From Eledone cirrhosa (lineage: Eukaryota): 64,000 bases of DNA. The translations under genes and the position numbers were made by a program. The stretch spans positions 335,668,001-335,732,000 of the forward strand of contig OZ024742.1 of assembly GCA_964016885.1 (NCBI GenBank). Direction: 5' to 3'. Under the pieces are notes generated by a model. It saw nothing but the letters and a program-made list of their open reading frames with translations. It made no database searches and was not told the DNA's origin. Positions 1 through 16,790 of this stretch are shown piece after piece. The stretch's first letter is position 1, and each line of letters begins with the position of its first letter.

Positions 1-3000
1 CACAATAATATATACCACAGATGACCACTACCACTACCACTACCACAATAATATATACCACAGATGACCACTATCACTACCACTACCACTACCACAATAA
101 TATATACCACTGATGACCTCTACCACTACTACTACCACAATAATATATACCACAGATGACCACTACCACTACCACTATCACAATAATATATACCACTGAT
201 GACCACTACCACTACCACAATAATATATACCACTGATGACCAATGCCACTACCATTACCACAATAATATATACCGCTGATGACCACTACCACTATCACTA
301 CCACAATAATATATACCACTGATGACCACTACCACTACCACAATAATATATACCACAGATGACCACTACCACTACCACAATAATATATACCACAGATGAC
401 CACGACCACTACCACTACCACAATAATATATACCACTGATGACCACTACCACTACCGCTACCACAATAATATATACCACTGATGACCACTGCCACTACCA
501 CAATAATATATACCACAGATGACCACTACCACTACCACAATAATATATACCACTGATGACCACTACCACAATAATATATACCACAGATGAACACTACCAC
601 TACCACTACCACGATAATATATGCCACAGATGACCACTACCACAATAATATATACCACAGATGACCACTACCACAATAATATATACCACAGATGACCACT
701 ACCACTACCACTACCACAATAATATATACCACAGATGACCACTACCACTACCACTAGCACAATAATATATACCACCGATGACCACTACCACTACTACTAC
801 CACAATAATATATACCACAGATGACCACTACCACTACAACTACCACAATAATATATACCACTGATGACCACTACCACTACCACGATAATATATACCACAG
901 ATGACCACTGCCACTACCACTACCACAATAATATATACCACAGTAGACCACTAACACTACCACAATAATATATACCACTGATGACCACTACCACTACCAC
1001 AATAATATATACCACAGATGACCACTACCACTACCACTACCACAATAATATATACCACTGATGATCACTACTACTACCACTACCACAATAATATATACCA
1101 CAGATGACCACTACCACTACCACAATAATATATACCACTGATGACCACTACCACTACCACAATAATATATACCACTGATGACGACTACCACTACCACTAC
1201 CACAATAATATATACCACAGATGACCACTACCACTACCACAATAATATATACCACAGATGACCACTACCACTACCACAATAATATATACCACAGATGACC
1301 ACTACCACTACCACAATAATATATACCACTGATGACCACTACCACTACCACTACCACAATAATATATACCACAGATGACCACTACCACTATCACAATAAT
1401 ATATACTACAGATGACCACTACCACTACCACAATAATATATACCACTGATGACCACTACCACTACCTCAATAATATATACCACAGATGACCACTACCACT
1501 ACCACAATAATATATACCACTGATGACCACTACCACTACCACTACCACAATAATATATACCACAGATGACCACTACCACTACCACTATCACAATAATATA
1601 TACCACAGATGACCACTACCACTACCACAATAATATATACCACAGATGACCACTACCACTACCACTACCACAATAATATATACCACAGATGACCACTACC
1701 ACTACCACAATAATATATACCACAGATGACCACTACCACTACCACTACCACAATATATACCACAGATGACCACTACCACTATCACAATAATATATACCAC
1801 TGATGACCACTACCACTACCACTACCACAATAATATATACCACTGATGACAACTACCACTACCACAATAATATATACCACAGATGACCACTACCACTACC
1901 ACTACCACAATAATATATACCACAGATGACCATTACCACTACCACTTCCACAATAATATATACCACAGATGACCACTACCACTATCACAATAATATATAC
2001 CACAGATGACCACTACCACTACCACCATAATATATACCACTGATGACCACTACCACTACCACAATAATATATACCACAGATGACCACTACCACTACCACT
2101 ACCACAATAATATATACCACTGATGACCACTACCACTACCACTACCACAATAATATATACCACAGATGACCACTACCACTACCACAATAATATATACCGC
2201 TGATGACCACTACCACTACCACAATATTATATACCACAGATGACCACTACCACTACCACTACCACAATAATATATACCACAGTAGACCACTACCACTACC
2301 ACAATAATATATACCACTGATGACCACTACCACTACCACTACCACAATAATATATACCACAGATGACGACTACCACTACCACTACCACAATAATATATAC
2401 CACTGATGACCACTACCACTACCACTACCACAATAATATATACCACAGATGACCACTACCACAATAATATATACCACTGATGACCACTACCACTACCACT
2501 ACCACAATAATATATACCACAGATGACCACTACCACTATCACAATAATATATACTACAGATGACCACTACCACTACCACAATAATATATACCACTGATGA
2601 CCACTACCACTACCACAATATTATATACCGCAGATGACCACTACCACTACCTCTACCACAATAATATATACCATAGATGACCACTACCACTACCACTACC
2701 ACAATAATATATACCACTGATGACCACTACCTCTACCACAATAATATATACCACTGATGACCACTACCACTACCACTACCACAATAATATATACCACTGA
2801 TGACCACTACCACTACCACTACCACAATAATATATACCACAGATGACCACTACCACTACCACAATAATATATACCACTGATGACCACTACCACTACCACA
2901 ATAATATATACCACTGATGACCACTACCACTACCACTACCACAATAATATATACCACAGATGACCACTACCACTACCACAATAATATATACCACAGATGA

Positions 3001-6000
3001 CCACTACCACTACCACAATAATATATACCACAGATGACCACAACCACTACCACAATAATATATACCACTGATGACCACTACCACTACCACTACCACAATA
3101 ATATATACCACAGATGACCACTACCACTATCACAATAATATATACTACAGATGACCACTACCACAATAATATATACCACTGATGATCACTACCACTACCT
3201 CAATAATATATACCACAGATGACCACTACCACTACCACAATAATATATACCACTGATGACCACTACCACTAACACTACCACAATAATATATACCACAGAT
3301 GACCACTACCACTACCACTATCACAATAATATATACCACAGATGACCACTACCACTACCACAATAATATATACCACAGATGACCACTACCAATATAATAT
3401 ATACCACAGATGACCACTACCACTACCTCTACCACTACCACAATAATATATACCACAGATGACCACTACCACTACCACAATAATATATACCACAGATGAC
3501 CACTACCACTACAACAATAATATATACCACAGATGACCACTACCACTACCACAATAATATATACTACAGATGACCACTACCACTACAACAATAATATATA
3601 CCACAGATGACCACTACCACTACCACAATAATATATACTACAGATGACCACTACCACTACTACAATAATATATACCACAGATGACCACTACCATTACCAC
3701 TACCACTACTACAATAATATATACCACAGATGACCACTAACACTACCACAATAATATATACCACAGATGACCACTACCACTAGCACCATAATATATACCA
3801 CAGATGACCACTACCACTACCACTACCACAATAATATATACCACAGATGACCACTACCACTAGCACCATAATATATACCACAGATGACCACTACCACTAC
3901 CACAATAATATATACCACAGATGACCACTACCACTACGACAATAATATATACCATAGATGACCACTACTCCTACCACAATATATACCACATATGACCACT
4001 ACCACTACCACTACCACAATAATATATACCACTGATGACCACTACCACTACGACAATAATATATACCATAGATGACCACTACTCCTACCACAATATATAC
4101 CACAGATGACCACTACCACTACCACAATAATATATACCACAGATGACCACTACCACTACCACGATAATATATACCACTAATGACCACTACCACTACCACT
4201 ATCACAATAATATATACCACAGATGACCACTACCACTACCACAATATTTTATACCACAGATGACCACTACCACTACCACTACCACAATAATATATACCAC
4301 AGATGACCACTACCACTACCACTACCACAATAATATATACCACAGATGACCACTACCACTACCACAATAATATATACCACAGATGACCACTACCACTACC
4401 ACAATAATATATACAACAGATGACCACTACCAATACCACTACCACAATAATATATACCACAGATGACCACTACCACTACCACTATATTATATACCACAGA
4501 TGACCACTACCACTACCACTACCACAATAATATATACCACAGATGACCACTACCACTACCACTACCACAATAATATATACCACAGATGACCACTACCACT
4601 ACCACAATAATATATACCACAGATGACCACTACCACAATAATATATACCACAGATGACCACTACCACTACCACTACCACACTATTATATACCGCAGATGA
4701 CCACTACCACTACCACTACCACAATAATATATACCACAGATGACCACTACCACTACCACAATATTATATACCACAGATGACCACTACCACTACCACAATA
4801 ATATATACCACAGATGACCACTACCACTACCACTACCACAATATTATATACCACAGATGACCACTACCACTACCACAATAATATATACCACTGATGACCA
4901 CTACCACTACTACTACCACAATAATATATACCACAGATGACCACTACCACTACCACAATAATATATACCACAGATGACCACTACCACTACTACTACCACA
5001 ATAATATATACCACAGATGACCACTACCACTACCACAATAATATATACCACTGATGACCACTACCACTACCACAATAATATATACCACAGATGACCACTA
5101 CCACTACCACAATAATATATACCACTGATGACCACTACCACTACCACAATAATATATACCACAGATGACCACTACCACTACCACTACCACAATAATATAC
5201 ACCACTGATGACCACTACCACTACCACAATAATATATACCACTGATGACCACTACCACTACCACTACCACAATAATATATACCACTGATGACCACTACCA
5301 CTACCACTACCACAATAATATATACCACAGATGACCACTACCTCTACCACTACCACAATAATATACACCACTGATGACCACTACCACTACCACAATAATA
5401 TATACCACACATGACCACTACCACTACCACTACCACAATAATATATACCACACATGACCACTACCACTACCACTACCACAATAATATATACCACACATGA
5501 CCACTACCACTACCTCAATAATATATACCACAGATGACCACTACCACTACCACTACCACAATAATATATACCACTGATGACCACTACCACTACCACAATA
5601 ATATATACCACTGATGACCACTACCACTATCACTACCACAATAATATATACCACTGATGACCACTACCACTACCACAATAATATATACCACTGATGACCA
5701 CTACCACTACCACTACCACAATAATATATACCACTGATGACCACTGCCACTATCACTACCACAATAATATATACCACTGATGACCACTACCACTACCACA
5801 ATAATATATACCACTGATGACCACTACCACTACCACAATAATATATACCACTGATCACCACTACCTCTACCACAATAATATATACCACTGATGACCACTA
5901 CCTCTACCACAATAATATATACCACTGATGACCACTACCACTATCACAATAATATATACCACTGATGACCACTACCACTATCACAATAATATATACCACA

Positions 6001-9000
6001 GATGACCACTACCACTACCACTACCACAATAATATATACCACTGATGACCACTACCACTACCACTACCACAATAATATATACCACAGATGACCACTACCA
6101 CTACCACTACCACAATAATATATACCGCTGATGACCACTACCACTACCACAATATTATATACCACAGATGACCACTACCACTACCACTACCACAATAATA
6201 TATACCACAGTAGACCACTACCACTACCACAATAATATATACCACTGATGACCACTACCACTACCACTACCACAATAATATATACCACAGATGACGACTA
6301 CCACTACCACTACCACAATAATATATACCACTGATGACCACTACCACTACCACTACCACAATAATATATACCACAGATGACCACTACCACAATAATATAT
6401 ACCACTGATGACCACTACCACTACCACTACCACAATAATATATACCACAGATGACCACTACCACTATCACAATAATATATACTACAGATGACCACTACCA
6501 CTACCACAATAATATATACCACTGATGACCACTACCACTACCACAATATTATATACCGCAGATGACCACTACCACTACCTCTACCACAATAATATATACC
6601 ATAGATGACCACTACCACTACCACTACCACAATAATATATACCACTGATGACCACTACCTCTACCACAATAATATATACCACTGATGACCACTGCCACTA
6701 CCACAATAATATATACCACTGATGACCACTACCACTACCTAAATAATATATACCACAGATGACCACTACCACTACCACAATAATATATACCACTGATGAC
6801 CACTACCACTACCACTACCACAATAATATATACCACAGATGACCACTACCACTACCACTACCACAATAATATATACCACTGATGACCACTACCACTACCA
6901 CTACCACAATAATATATACCACAGATGACCACTACCACTACCACAATAATATATACCACTGATGACCACTACCACTACCACAATAATATATACCACTGAT
7001 GACCACTACCACTACCACTACCACAATAATATATACCACAGATGACCACTACCACTACCACAATAATATATACCACAGATGACCACTACCACTACCACAA
7101 TAATATATACCACAGATGACCACAACCACTACCACAATAATATATACCACTGATGACCACTACCACTACCACTACCACAATAATATATACCACAGATGAC
7201 CACTACCACTATCACAATAATATATACTACAGATGACCACTACCACAATAATATATACCACTGATGATCACTACCACTACCTCAATAATATATACCACAG
7301 ATGACCACTACCACTACCACAATAATATATACCACTGATGACCACTACCACTACCACTACCACAATAATATATACCACAGATGACCACTACCACTACCAC
7401 TATCACAATAATATATACCACAGATGACCACTACCACTACCTCTACCACTACCACAATAATATATACCACAGATGACCACTACCACTACCACAATAATAT
7501 ATACCACAGATGACCACTACCACTACAACAATAATATATACCACAGATGACCACTACCACTACCACAATAATATATACTACAGATGACCACTACCACTAC
7601 AACAATAATATATACCACAGATGACCACTACCACAACCACAATAATATATACTACAGATGACCACTACCACTACTACAATAATATATACCACAGATGACC
7701 ACTACCATTACCACTACCACTACTACAATAATATATACCACAGATGACCACTAACACTACCACAATAATATATACCACAGATGACCACTACCACTAGCAC
7801 CATAATATATACCACAGATGACCACTACCACTACCACTACCACAATAATATATACCACAGATGACCACTACCACTAGCACCATAATATATACCACAGATG
7901 ACCACTACCACTACCACAATAATATATACCACAGATGACCACTACCACTACGACAATAATATATACCATAGATGACCACTACTCCTACCACAATATATAC
8001 CACAGATGACCACTACCACTACCACTACCACAATAATATATACCACTGATGACCACTACCAGTACGACAATAATATATACCATAGATGACCACTACTCCT
8101 ACCACAATATATACCACAGATGACCACTACCACTACCACTACCACAATAATATATACCACTGATGACCACTACCACTACGACAATAATATATACCATAGA
8201 TGACCACTACTCCTACCACAATAATATATACCACAGATGACCACTAGCACTACCACAATAATATATACCACAGATGACCACTACCACTACCACGATAATA
8301 TATACCACTAATGACCACTACCACTACCACTATCACAATAATATATACCACAGATGACCACTACCACTACCACAATATTTTATACCACAGATGACCACTA
8401 CCACTACCACTACCACAATAATATATACCACAGATGACCACTACCACTACCACTACCACAATAATATATACCACAGATGACCACTACCACTACCACAATA
8501 ATATATACCACAGATGACCACTACCACTACCACAATAATATATACCACAGATGACCACTACCAATACCACTACCACAATAATATATACCACAGATGACCA
8601 CTACCACTACCACTATATTATATACCACAGATGACCACTACCACTACCACTACCACAATAATATATACCACAGATGACCACTACCACTACCACTACCACA
8701 ATAATATATACCACAGATGACCACTACCACTACCACAATAATATATACCACAGATGACCACTACCACAATAATATATACCACAGATGACCACTACCACTA
8801 CCACTACCACAATATTATATACCGCAGATGACCACTACCACTACCACTACCACAATAATATATACCACAGATGACCACTACCACTACCACAATATTATAT
8901 ACCACAGATGACCACTACCACTACCACAATAATATATACCACAGATGACCACTACCACTACCACTACCACAATATTATATACCACAGATGACCACTACCA

Positions 9001-12000
9001 CTACCACAATAATATATACCACTGATGACCACTACCACTACTACTACCACAATAATATATACCACAGATGACCACTACCACTACCACAATAATATATACC
9101 ACAGATGACCACTACCACTACTACTACCACAATAATATATACCACAGATGACCACTACCACTACCACAATAATATATACCACTGATGACCACTACCACTA
9201 CCACAATAATATATACCACAGATGACCACTACCACTACCACAATAATATATACCACTGATGACCACTACCACTACCACAATAATATATACCACAGATGAC
9301 CACTACCACTACCACTACCACAATAATATACACCACTGATGACCACTACCACAATAATATATACCACTGATGACCACTACCACTACCACTACCACAATAA
9401 TATATACCACTGATGACCACTACCACTACCACTACCACAATAATATATACCACAGATGACCACTACCTCTACCACTACCACAATAATATACACCACTGAT
9501 GACCACTACCACTACCACAATAATATATACCACTGATGACCACTACCACTACCACTACCACAATAATATATACCACAGATGACCACTACCACTATCACAA
9601 TAATATATACCACAGATGACCACTACCACTACCACAATAATATATACCACAGATGACCACTACCAATATAATATATACCACAGATGACCACTACCACTAC
9701 CTCTACCACAATAATATATACCACAGATGACCACTACCACTACCACAATAATATATACCACAGATGACCACTACCACTACAACAATAATATATACCACAG
9801 ATGACCACTACCACTACCACAATAATATATACTACAGATGACCACTACCACTACAACAATAATATATACCACAGATGACCACTACCACAACCACAATAAT
9901 ATATACTACAGATGACCACTACCACTACTACAATAATATATACCACAGATGACCACTACCATTACCACTACCACTACTACAATAATATATACCACAGATG
10001 ACCACTAACACTACCACAATAATATATACCACAGATGACCACTACCACTAGCACCATAATATATACCACAGATGACCACTACCACTACCACTACCACAAT
10101 AATATATACCACAGATGACCACTACCACTAGCACCATAATATATACCACAGATGACCACTACCACTACCACAATAATATATACCACAGATGACCACTACC
10201 ACTACGACAATAATATATACCATAGATGACCACTACTCCTACCACAATATATACCACAGATGACCACTACCACTACCACTACCACAATAATATATACCAC
10301 TGATGACCACTACCACTACGACAATAATATATACCATAGATGACCACTACTCCTACCACAATATATACCACAGATGACCACTACCACTACCACTACCACA
10401 ATAATATATACCACTGATGACCACTACCACTACGACAATAATATATACCATAGATGACCACTACTCCTACCACAATAATATATACCACAGATGACCACTA
10501 GCACTACCACAATAATATATACCACAGATGACCACTACCACGATAATATATACCACTAATGACCACTACCACTACCACTATCACAATAATATATACCACA
10601 GATGACCACTACCACTACCACTACCACTACCACAATAATATATACCACAGATGACCACTACCACTACCACTACCACAATAATATATACCACAGATGACCA
10701 CTACCACTACCACAATAATATATACCACAGATGACCACTACCACAATAATATATACCACAGATGACCACTACCACTACCACTACCACAATATTATATACC
10801 GCAGATGACCACTACCACTACCACTACCACAATAATATATACCACAGATGACCACTACCACTACCACAATATTATATACCACAGATGACCACTACCACTA
10901 CCACAATAATATATACCACAGATGACCACTACCACTACCACTACCACAATATTATATACCACAGATGACCACTACCACTACCACAATAATATATACCACT
11001 GATGACCACTACCACTACTACTACCACAATAATATATACCACAGATGACCACTACCACTACCACAATAATATATACCACAGATGACCACTACCACTACTA
11101 CTACCACAATAATATATACCACAGATGACCACTACCACTACCACAATAATATATACCACTGATGACCACTACCACTACCACAATAATATATACCACAGAT
11201 GACCACTACCACTACCACAATAATATATACCACTGATGACCACTACCACTACCACAATAATATATACCACAGATGACCACTACCACTACCACTACCACAA
11301 TAATATACACCACTGATGACCACTACCACTACCACAATAATATATACCACTGATGACCACTACCACTACCACTACCACAATAATATATACCACTGATGAC
11401 CACTACCACTACCACTACCACAATAATATATACCACAGATGACCACTACCTCTACCACTACCACAATAATATACACCACTGATGACCACTACCACTACCA
11501 CAATAATATATACCACACATGACCACTACCACTACCACTACCACAATAATATATACCACACATGACCACTACCACTACCACTACCACAATAATATATACC
11601 ACACATGACCACTACCACTACCTCAATAATATATACCACAGATGACCACTACCACTACCACTACCACAATAATATATACCACTGATGACCACTACCACTA
11701 CCACAATAATATATACCACTGATGACCACTACCACTATCACTACCACAATAATATATACCACTGATGACCACTACCACTACCACAATAATATATACCACT
11801 GATGACCACTACCACTACCACTACCACAATAATATATACCACTGATGACCACTGCCACTATCACTACCACAATAATATATACCACAGATGACCACTACCA
11901 CTACCACTATATTATATACCACAGATGACCACTACCACTACCACTACCACAATAATATATACCACAGATGACCACTACCACTACCACTACCACAATAATA

Positions 12001-13447
12001 TATACCACAGATGACCACTACCACTACCACAATAATATATACCACAGATGACCACTACCACAATAATATATACCACAGATGACCACTACCACTACCACTA
12101 CCACAATATTATATACCGCAGATGACCACTACCACTACCACTACCACAATAATATATACCACAGATGACCACTACCACTACCACAATATTATATACCACA
12201 GATGACCACTACCACTACCACAATAATATATACCACAGATGACCACTACCACTACCACTACCACAATATTATATACCACAGATGACCACTACCACAATAA
12301 TATATACCACTGATGACCACTACCACTACTACTACCACAATAATATATACCACAGATGACCACTACCACTACCACAATAATATATACCACAGATGACCAC
12401 TACCACTACTACTACCACAATAATATATACCACAGATGACCACTACCACTACCACAATAATATATACCACTGATGACCACTACCACTACCACAATAATAT
12501 ATACCACAGATGACCACTACCACTACCACAATAATATATACCACTGATGACCACTACCACTACCACAATAATATATACCACAGATGACCACTACCACTAC
12601 CACTACCACAATAATATACACCACTGATGACCACTACCACTACCACAATAATATATACCACTGATGACCACTACCACTACCACAATAATATATACCACTG
12701 ATGACCACTACCACTACCACTACCACAATAATATATACCACAGATGACCACTACCTCTACCACTACCACAATAATATACACCACTGATGACCACTACCAC
12801 TACCACAATAATATATACCACACATGACCACTACCACTACCACTACCACAATAATATATACCACACATGACCACTACCACTACCACTACCACAATAATAT
12901 ATACCACACATGACCACTACCACTACCTCAATAATATATACCACAGATGACCACTACCACTACCACTACCACAATAATATATACCACTGATGACCACTAC
13001 CACAATAATATATACCACTGATGACCACTACCACTATCACTACCACAATAATATATACCACTGATGACCACTACCACTACCACAATAATATATACCACTG
13101 ATGACCACTACCACTACCACTACCACAATAATATATACCACTGATGACCACTGCCACTATCACTACCACAATAATATATACCACTGATGACCACTACCAC
13201 TACCACAATAATATATACCACTGATGACCACTACCACTACCACAATAATATATACCACTGATCACCACTACCTCTACCACAATAATATATACCACTGATG
13301 ACCACTACCTCTACCACAATAATATATACCACTGATGACCACTACCACTATCACAATAATATATACCACTGATGACCACTACCACTATCACAATAATATA
13401 TACCACAGATGACCACTACCACTACCACTACCACAATAATATATACC
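1..13447. repeat. Satellite array; unit CACAATAATATATAC-CAC(A/T)GATGAC-(CACTAC)1-4 (31/37/43/49 bp); runs off the window start
   Basis: Directly visible tandem units over 13.4 kb; strongly strand-asymmetric (G almost only in GATGA); ends abruptly at ...atatacc|tggac. Confidence 0.98.
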
Positions 13448-13579
13448 TGGACAAACTGGGAAACGCTCTCCAACCGGCAGAATTCCAGGCACTTCCCCAC
13501 AAAACAGAGAAGGCGTTTTGGCCGTTCTTTTTCAACTGGTCTCACCCCTGTGGGTGGTCAACTTGTAAGTCAGCTACTA

Positions 13580-13705
13580 AGAAGACGACACAGGGACCCA
13601 CTAGGAGTGAAATCAACGAACTGAGTGGACTGGAGCAACGAGAGTGTCTTGCTCAAGGATACAACGCTCCACCATACGATCATGAGTCGAACACCCTAAC
13701 CATTA
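13580..13705 (-). mobile_element. SINE fragment (same central domain as the 25413 SINE)
   Basis: Reverse complement reads GCGTTGTATCCTTGAGCAAGACACT...GCTCCAGTCCACTCAG, resembling 25490-25545. Confidence 0.55.
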
Positions 13706-13736
13706 ATCCACGCTACTTCTATGTTTAGATGTATTT

Positions 13737-13812
<76 letters not shown>

Positions 13813-13813
<1 letters not shown>

Positions 13814-14858
13814 AATATACAATAATGAGAGGTATATAGATATATGTGTATACATACATATACATGTATATATAAACATATATTTTTCACAAGTATGTGA
13901 GATTGTATGTTGTCGACCTTAACCAGTGTTGCTCTATGATTCTGAGACAAGATAATCGAAATAATTAAATTGACACAATATCAGAGTTATGTAAAATATT
14001 ATAAAAAGGAATAATAGATACAATATACCTATTTTTTTCCCTATTTTTTCTCGGTCGACAACATACAATCTCACATACTTGTGAAAAATATATGTTTATA
14101 TATACATGTATATGTATGTATACACAATTAAGTTAAAAATGTACATCTACATATGCATACTGAAATACTAGTGTGTATATGAATACACACACGTATACAT
14201 ATGTAGGTGTACCAAGTCTTTCACTGGTCGCTTTACAGTGAGCGGCCCAGCTATTCTGTATGTAAACACACAGACAAACCGGTTTTTAGAGTCATACTGG
14301 TTTTCGGGGAAACACCTTCCCTCTATTCTCCATATGCTTATAACGATATGTGCTTTTACAATTCTCCAGAAAGGCCGGTAGATAGGTAAATATTGCTGAT
14401 GAGTTGTAACAACAACGAAACTAGTTCAATATTCCTTGTCTGGCTTTCTGGAAAATAGAGGGAAGGTGTTTCCCCGAAAACCAGTATGACTCTAAAAACC
14501 GGTTTGTCTGTGTGTTTACATACAGAATAGCTGGGCCGCTCACTGTAAAGCGACCAGTGAAAGACTTGGTACACCTACATATGTATACGTGTGTGTATTC
14601 ATATACACACTAGTATTTCAGTATGCATATGTAGATGTACATTTTTAACTTAATTGTTTAAGCGTCAGTCATACAAAAGTGAGTTACAAACGAAACGAAA
14701 TTTAATTTCGTTTCGTTATTTGTTTTTATGTATACACATATATCTGTATACCTATCATTATTGTCTCTAACTCCCTCACGGTAGAGTAACCACGGAAGTA
14801 TAGTGACAATTGTAAAACTATATTCATTGAGTAATCAATGAACCATATTAATGTTTGG

Positions 14859-14860
<2 letters not shown>
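13813..14860. mobile_element. Nested fold-back insertion, probably PLE-derived, between microsatellites
   Basis: Inverted arms ~13845-13918/14053-14126 and a near-perfect ~200-bp pair 14126-14327/14453-14657; hammerhead in the loop; (TA)n on both sides. Confidence 0.7.
14389..14433 (+). ncRNA. Minimal type I hammerhead ribozyme (canonical core)
   Basis: AATATTG-CTGATGA-GTTGT(AACA)ACAAC-GAAA-CTAG-TT-CAATATT: 7-bp stem I, 5-bp stem II, palindromic AACTAGTT stem III region, GUU cleavage triplet. Confidence 0.9.
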
Positions 14861-14892
<32 letters not shown>

Positions 14893-15791
14893 GGTTTTAT
14901 CATCAAAGTTAAGAAGATTGCATTAGTGTACCCATTGTTGCTATAATGCTTAAAATGAAGTGATTCTCCTTGAAAATGTTATTTATGGAAATAATATATT
15001 TGAGTAACAAAGATAAAAAAGTAATTTTATACATACATGTATAAATGTTAATGTGATATATACACATTCTTCAGCTCTATGTTTATACATACATGCACAA
15101 CGAATTGTTAATGTGATATATACACATTCTACAGCTCTAACATAACTTAGTTGCTCAAGAACACAACAGACAATAGTATGTACTAATGTCCACTCTCCAC
15201 ATGTTTCTGAACTTCTGCTATTAAATCAATGTTTTTTCACCACTTGTTGAACAAGAATTTCTGATTTTCCTTTGCATTAAGATTTATTATCCATGTTTGT
15301 GTTTCATCAGCATATTTTAATGACATAAATAACCTCATATATATTAAACTGTATTTCTAGTTTTCTTAGTTGTTTGTATTAATCCATAAATATTATTATC
15401 TGAAAATATTCCCTTGTGGTTTTATTGTAGTTTTTAAGCATTATTAATTTATCCTGTAGCTTCCATAAATATAATCGATTTGTGTTTACTTGTGGCTCTG
15501 CTTTTTGGTGCTTTTTGAAACCTAATTTGATTTCTCTGTCTAGTTTTCTTAAATCACTTATCTTTAATTTAATCCAGTAAAACTTTCCTTTCTTTTTGGC
15601 GAAGCTAATTTATCCATTTCCCTTATTTTGTTTCTGATCATTAATTCTTGAACACGAATGTTATTCCTATATAAATTAAATTCTGTTCTAATTTCGTTCT
15701 TCATCTAGAAATGTCGTCGTTTTCACCCTTTTCCTACATTCGAAGTAGTTTTCTTTTTCTAGCACAATTTTCTTCATTACATTCAGTTGTA

Positions 15792-16012
15792 GGGTGTCGG
15801 ATTAGCAGAATTGGTAGAGCGTCGGACAACATACTTTGTGGCATGTAGTTACGGCCCTTTACGTTCTGACTTAAAATCCCACCTAGGTTAACTTTGCTTT
15901 TCATCCTTACAGTGTCGATAAAATAAAATACCAGTAATGCACTAGGGTCGATTTAATCGACTTTTCCCCCATTCCCTTTAGATTACTGTCCCTGTGCCAA
16001 ATGTAGAAACAA
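15792..16012 (+). mobile_element. tRNA-derived SINE
   Basis: A-box-like TAGCAGAATTGGTAGAGCG, degenerate B box, body TAACTTTGCTTTTCATCCTTAC..GTCGATAAAATAAA.TACCAG shared with the copies at 29895-30428 and 61041-61452. Confidence 0.8.
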
Positions 16013-16253
16013 TTTTTAGATTCAGTTGTAGATGTCAAGTTATTTAACGTATCATATAATTTAACTGGAAAGACAGAAAAACTGGAAAGACAGAAGCTCA
16101 CTTGAAGAAGGAGCCCCGTGGGGCAGGGTGACTGTTGTAGCGGGAGTTGCTGGCTCTTCTCGGTGACGTTTACCATTCTGTCTGTGGGGTATAAAGCCTG
16201 TCGCTCTGCCCCTTTCCTTCGTTGTTTTATTTAATTATTATTATTATTAAATA

Positions 16254-16348
16254 TAAAGGAAGTGCTCAAGTGTAGAAATACTATAAAGATAGCCTCACCC
16301 TATTTTATAGGCTATCTTTATAGTATTTCTGCGCTTTAGTACTTTCTT
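16254..16348. repeat. Short fold-back (inverted repeat)
   Basis: AGAAATACTATAAAGATAGCCT / AGGCTATCTTTATAGTATTTCT arms with a 13-nt loop. Confidence 0.8.
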
Positions 16349-16368
16349 TCTTTCTTATATATATATAT

Positions 16369-16578
16369 AACGAAGGAAGTGTGGTAAGGAACCAGGTGGA
16401 CCATAACACAACAGAGTACTCGATACTTTGGGTAGTATAGTGGGTAATAGGAAAAGAGTCAGAATCCCGACGGCAGAGCTCAAGCCATTTCGACAGCTAT
16501 TTCTGGACTCAAATAGCTGTCTAGAAATAGCTGTCGAAACGGCTTGAGCTCTGCCGTCGGGGTTCTGACTCTTTTCCT
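16369..16578. mobile_element. Family-B mini fold-back (PLE 3' end) in (TA)n
   Basis: Reverse-oriented tail plus two inverted copies of GAAACGGCTTGAGCTCTGCCGTCGGGG; homologous to 40309, 50447, 50635, 53780, 54083. Confidence 0.8.
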
Positions 16579-16740
16579 ATATATATATATATATAAGGAT
16601 TAAAATACTGGAGCGTGTTGGAGTTAAACACCCTCTTCGTATTATAGAAATGACAGTAAAGGGTATAGCTCAATGTAATTAAACAGAGCCGAAGAATTAT
16701 GAAAATAAAACAAAGAAGCCTTCAATACATCAAAAGTCTT

Positions 16741-16790
16741 TATTAGCCAACAATGTTTCGTCCTATTAAGGACTCATCAGGGCAATCAAA
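16741..16790 (-). ncRNA. Minimal type I hammerhead ribozyme
   Basis: Minus strand: TTGATTGCC-CTGATGA-GTCCT(TAAT)AGGAC-GAAA-CATTG-TT-GGCTAATAAA. Confidence 0.85.

Noticed and set aside
1-13447. CTGATGA in many satellite units (hammerhead core or C/D-box-like); repeat-spacer appearance
   Set aside because: No GAAA strand or pairing stems in the array; the 'spacers' are only hexamer-number variants, so neither HHR nor CRISPR
13351-13728. ORFs at the satellite edge
   Set aside because: Read-through of satellite and SINE sequence
14207-14574. Two ORFs with identical N-termini on opposite strands
   Set aside because: Consequence of the inverted repeat, not gene duplication
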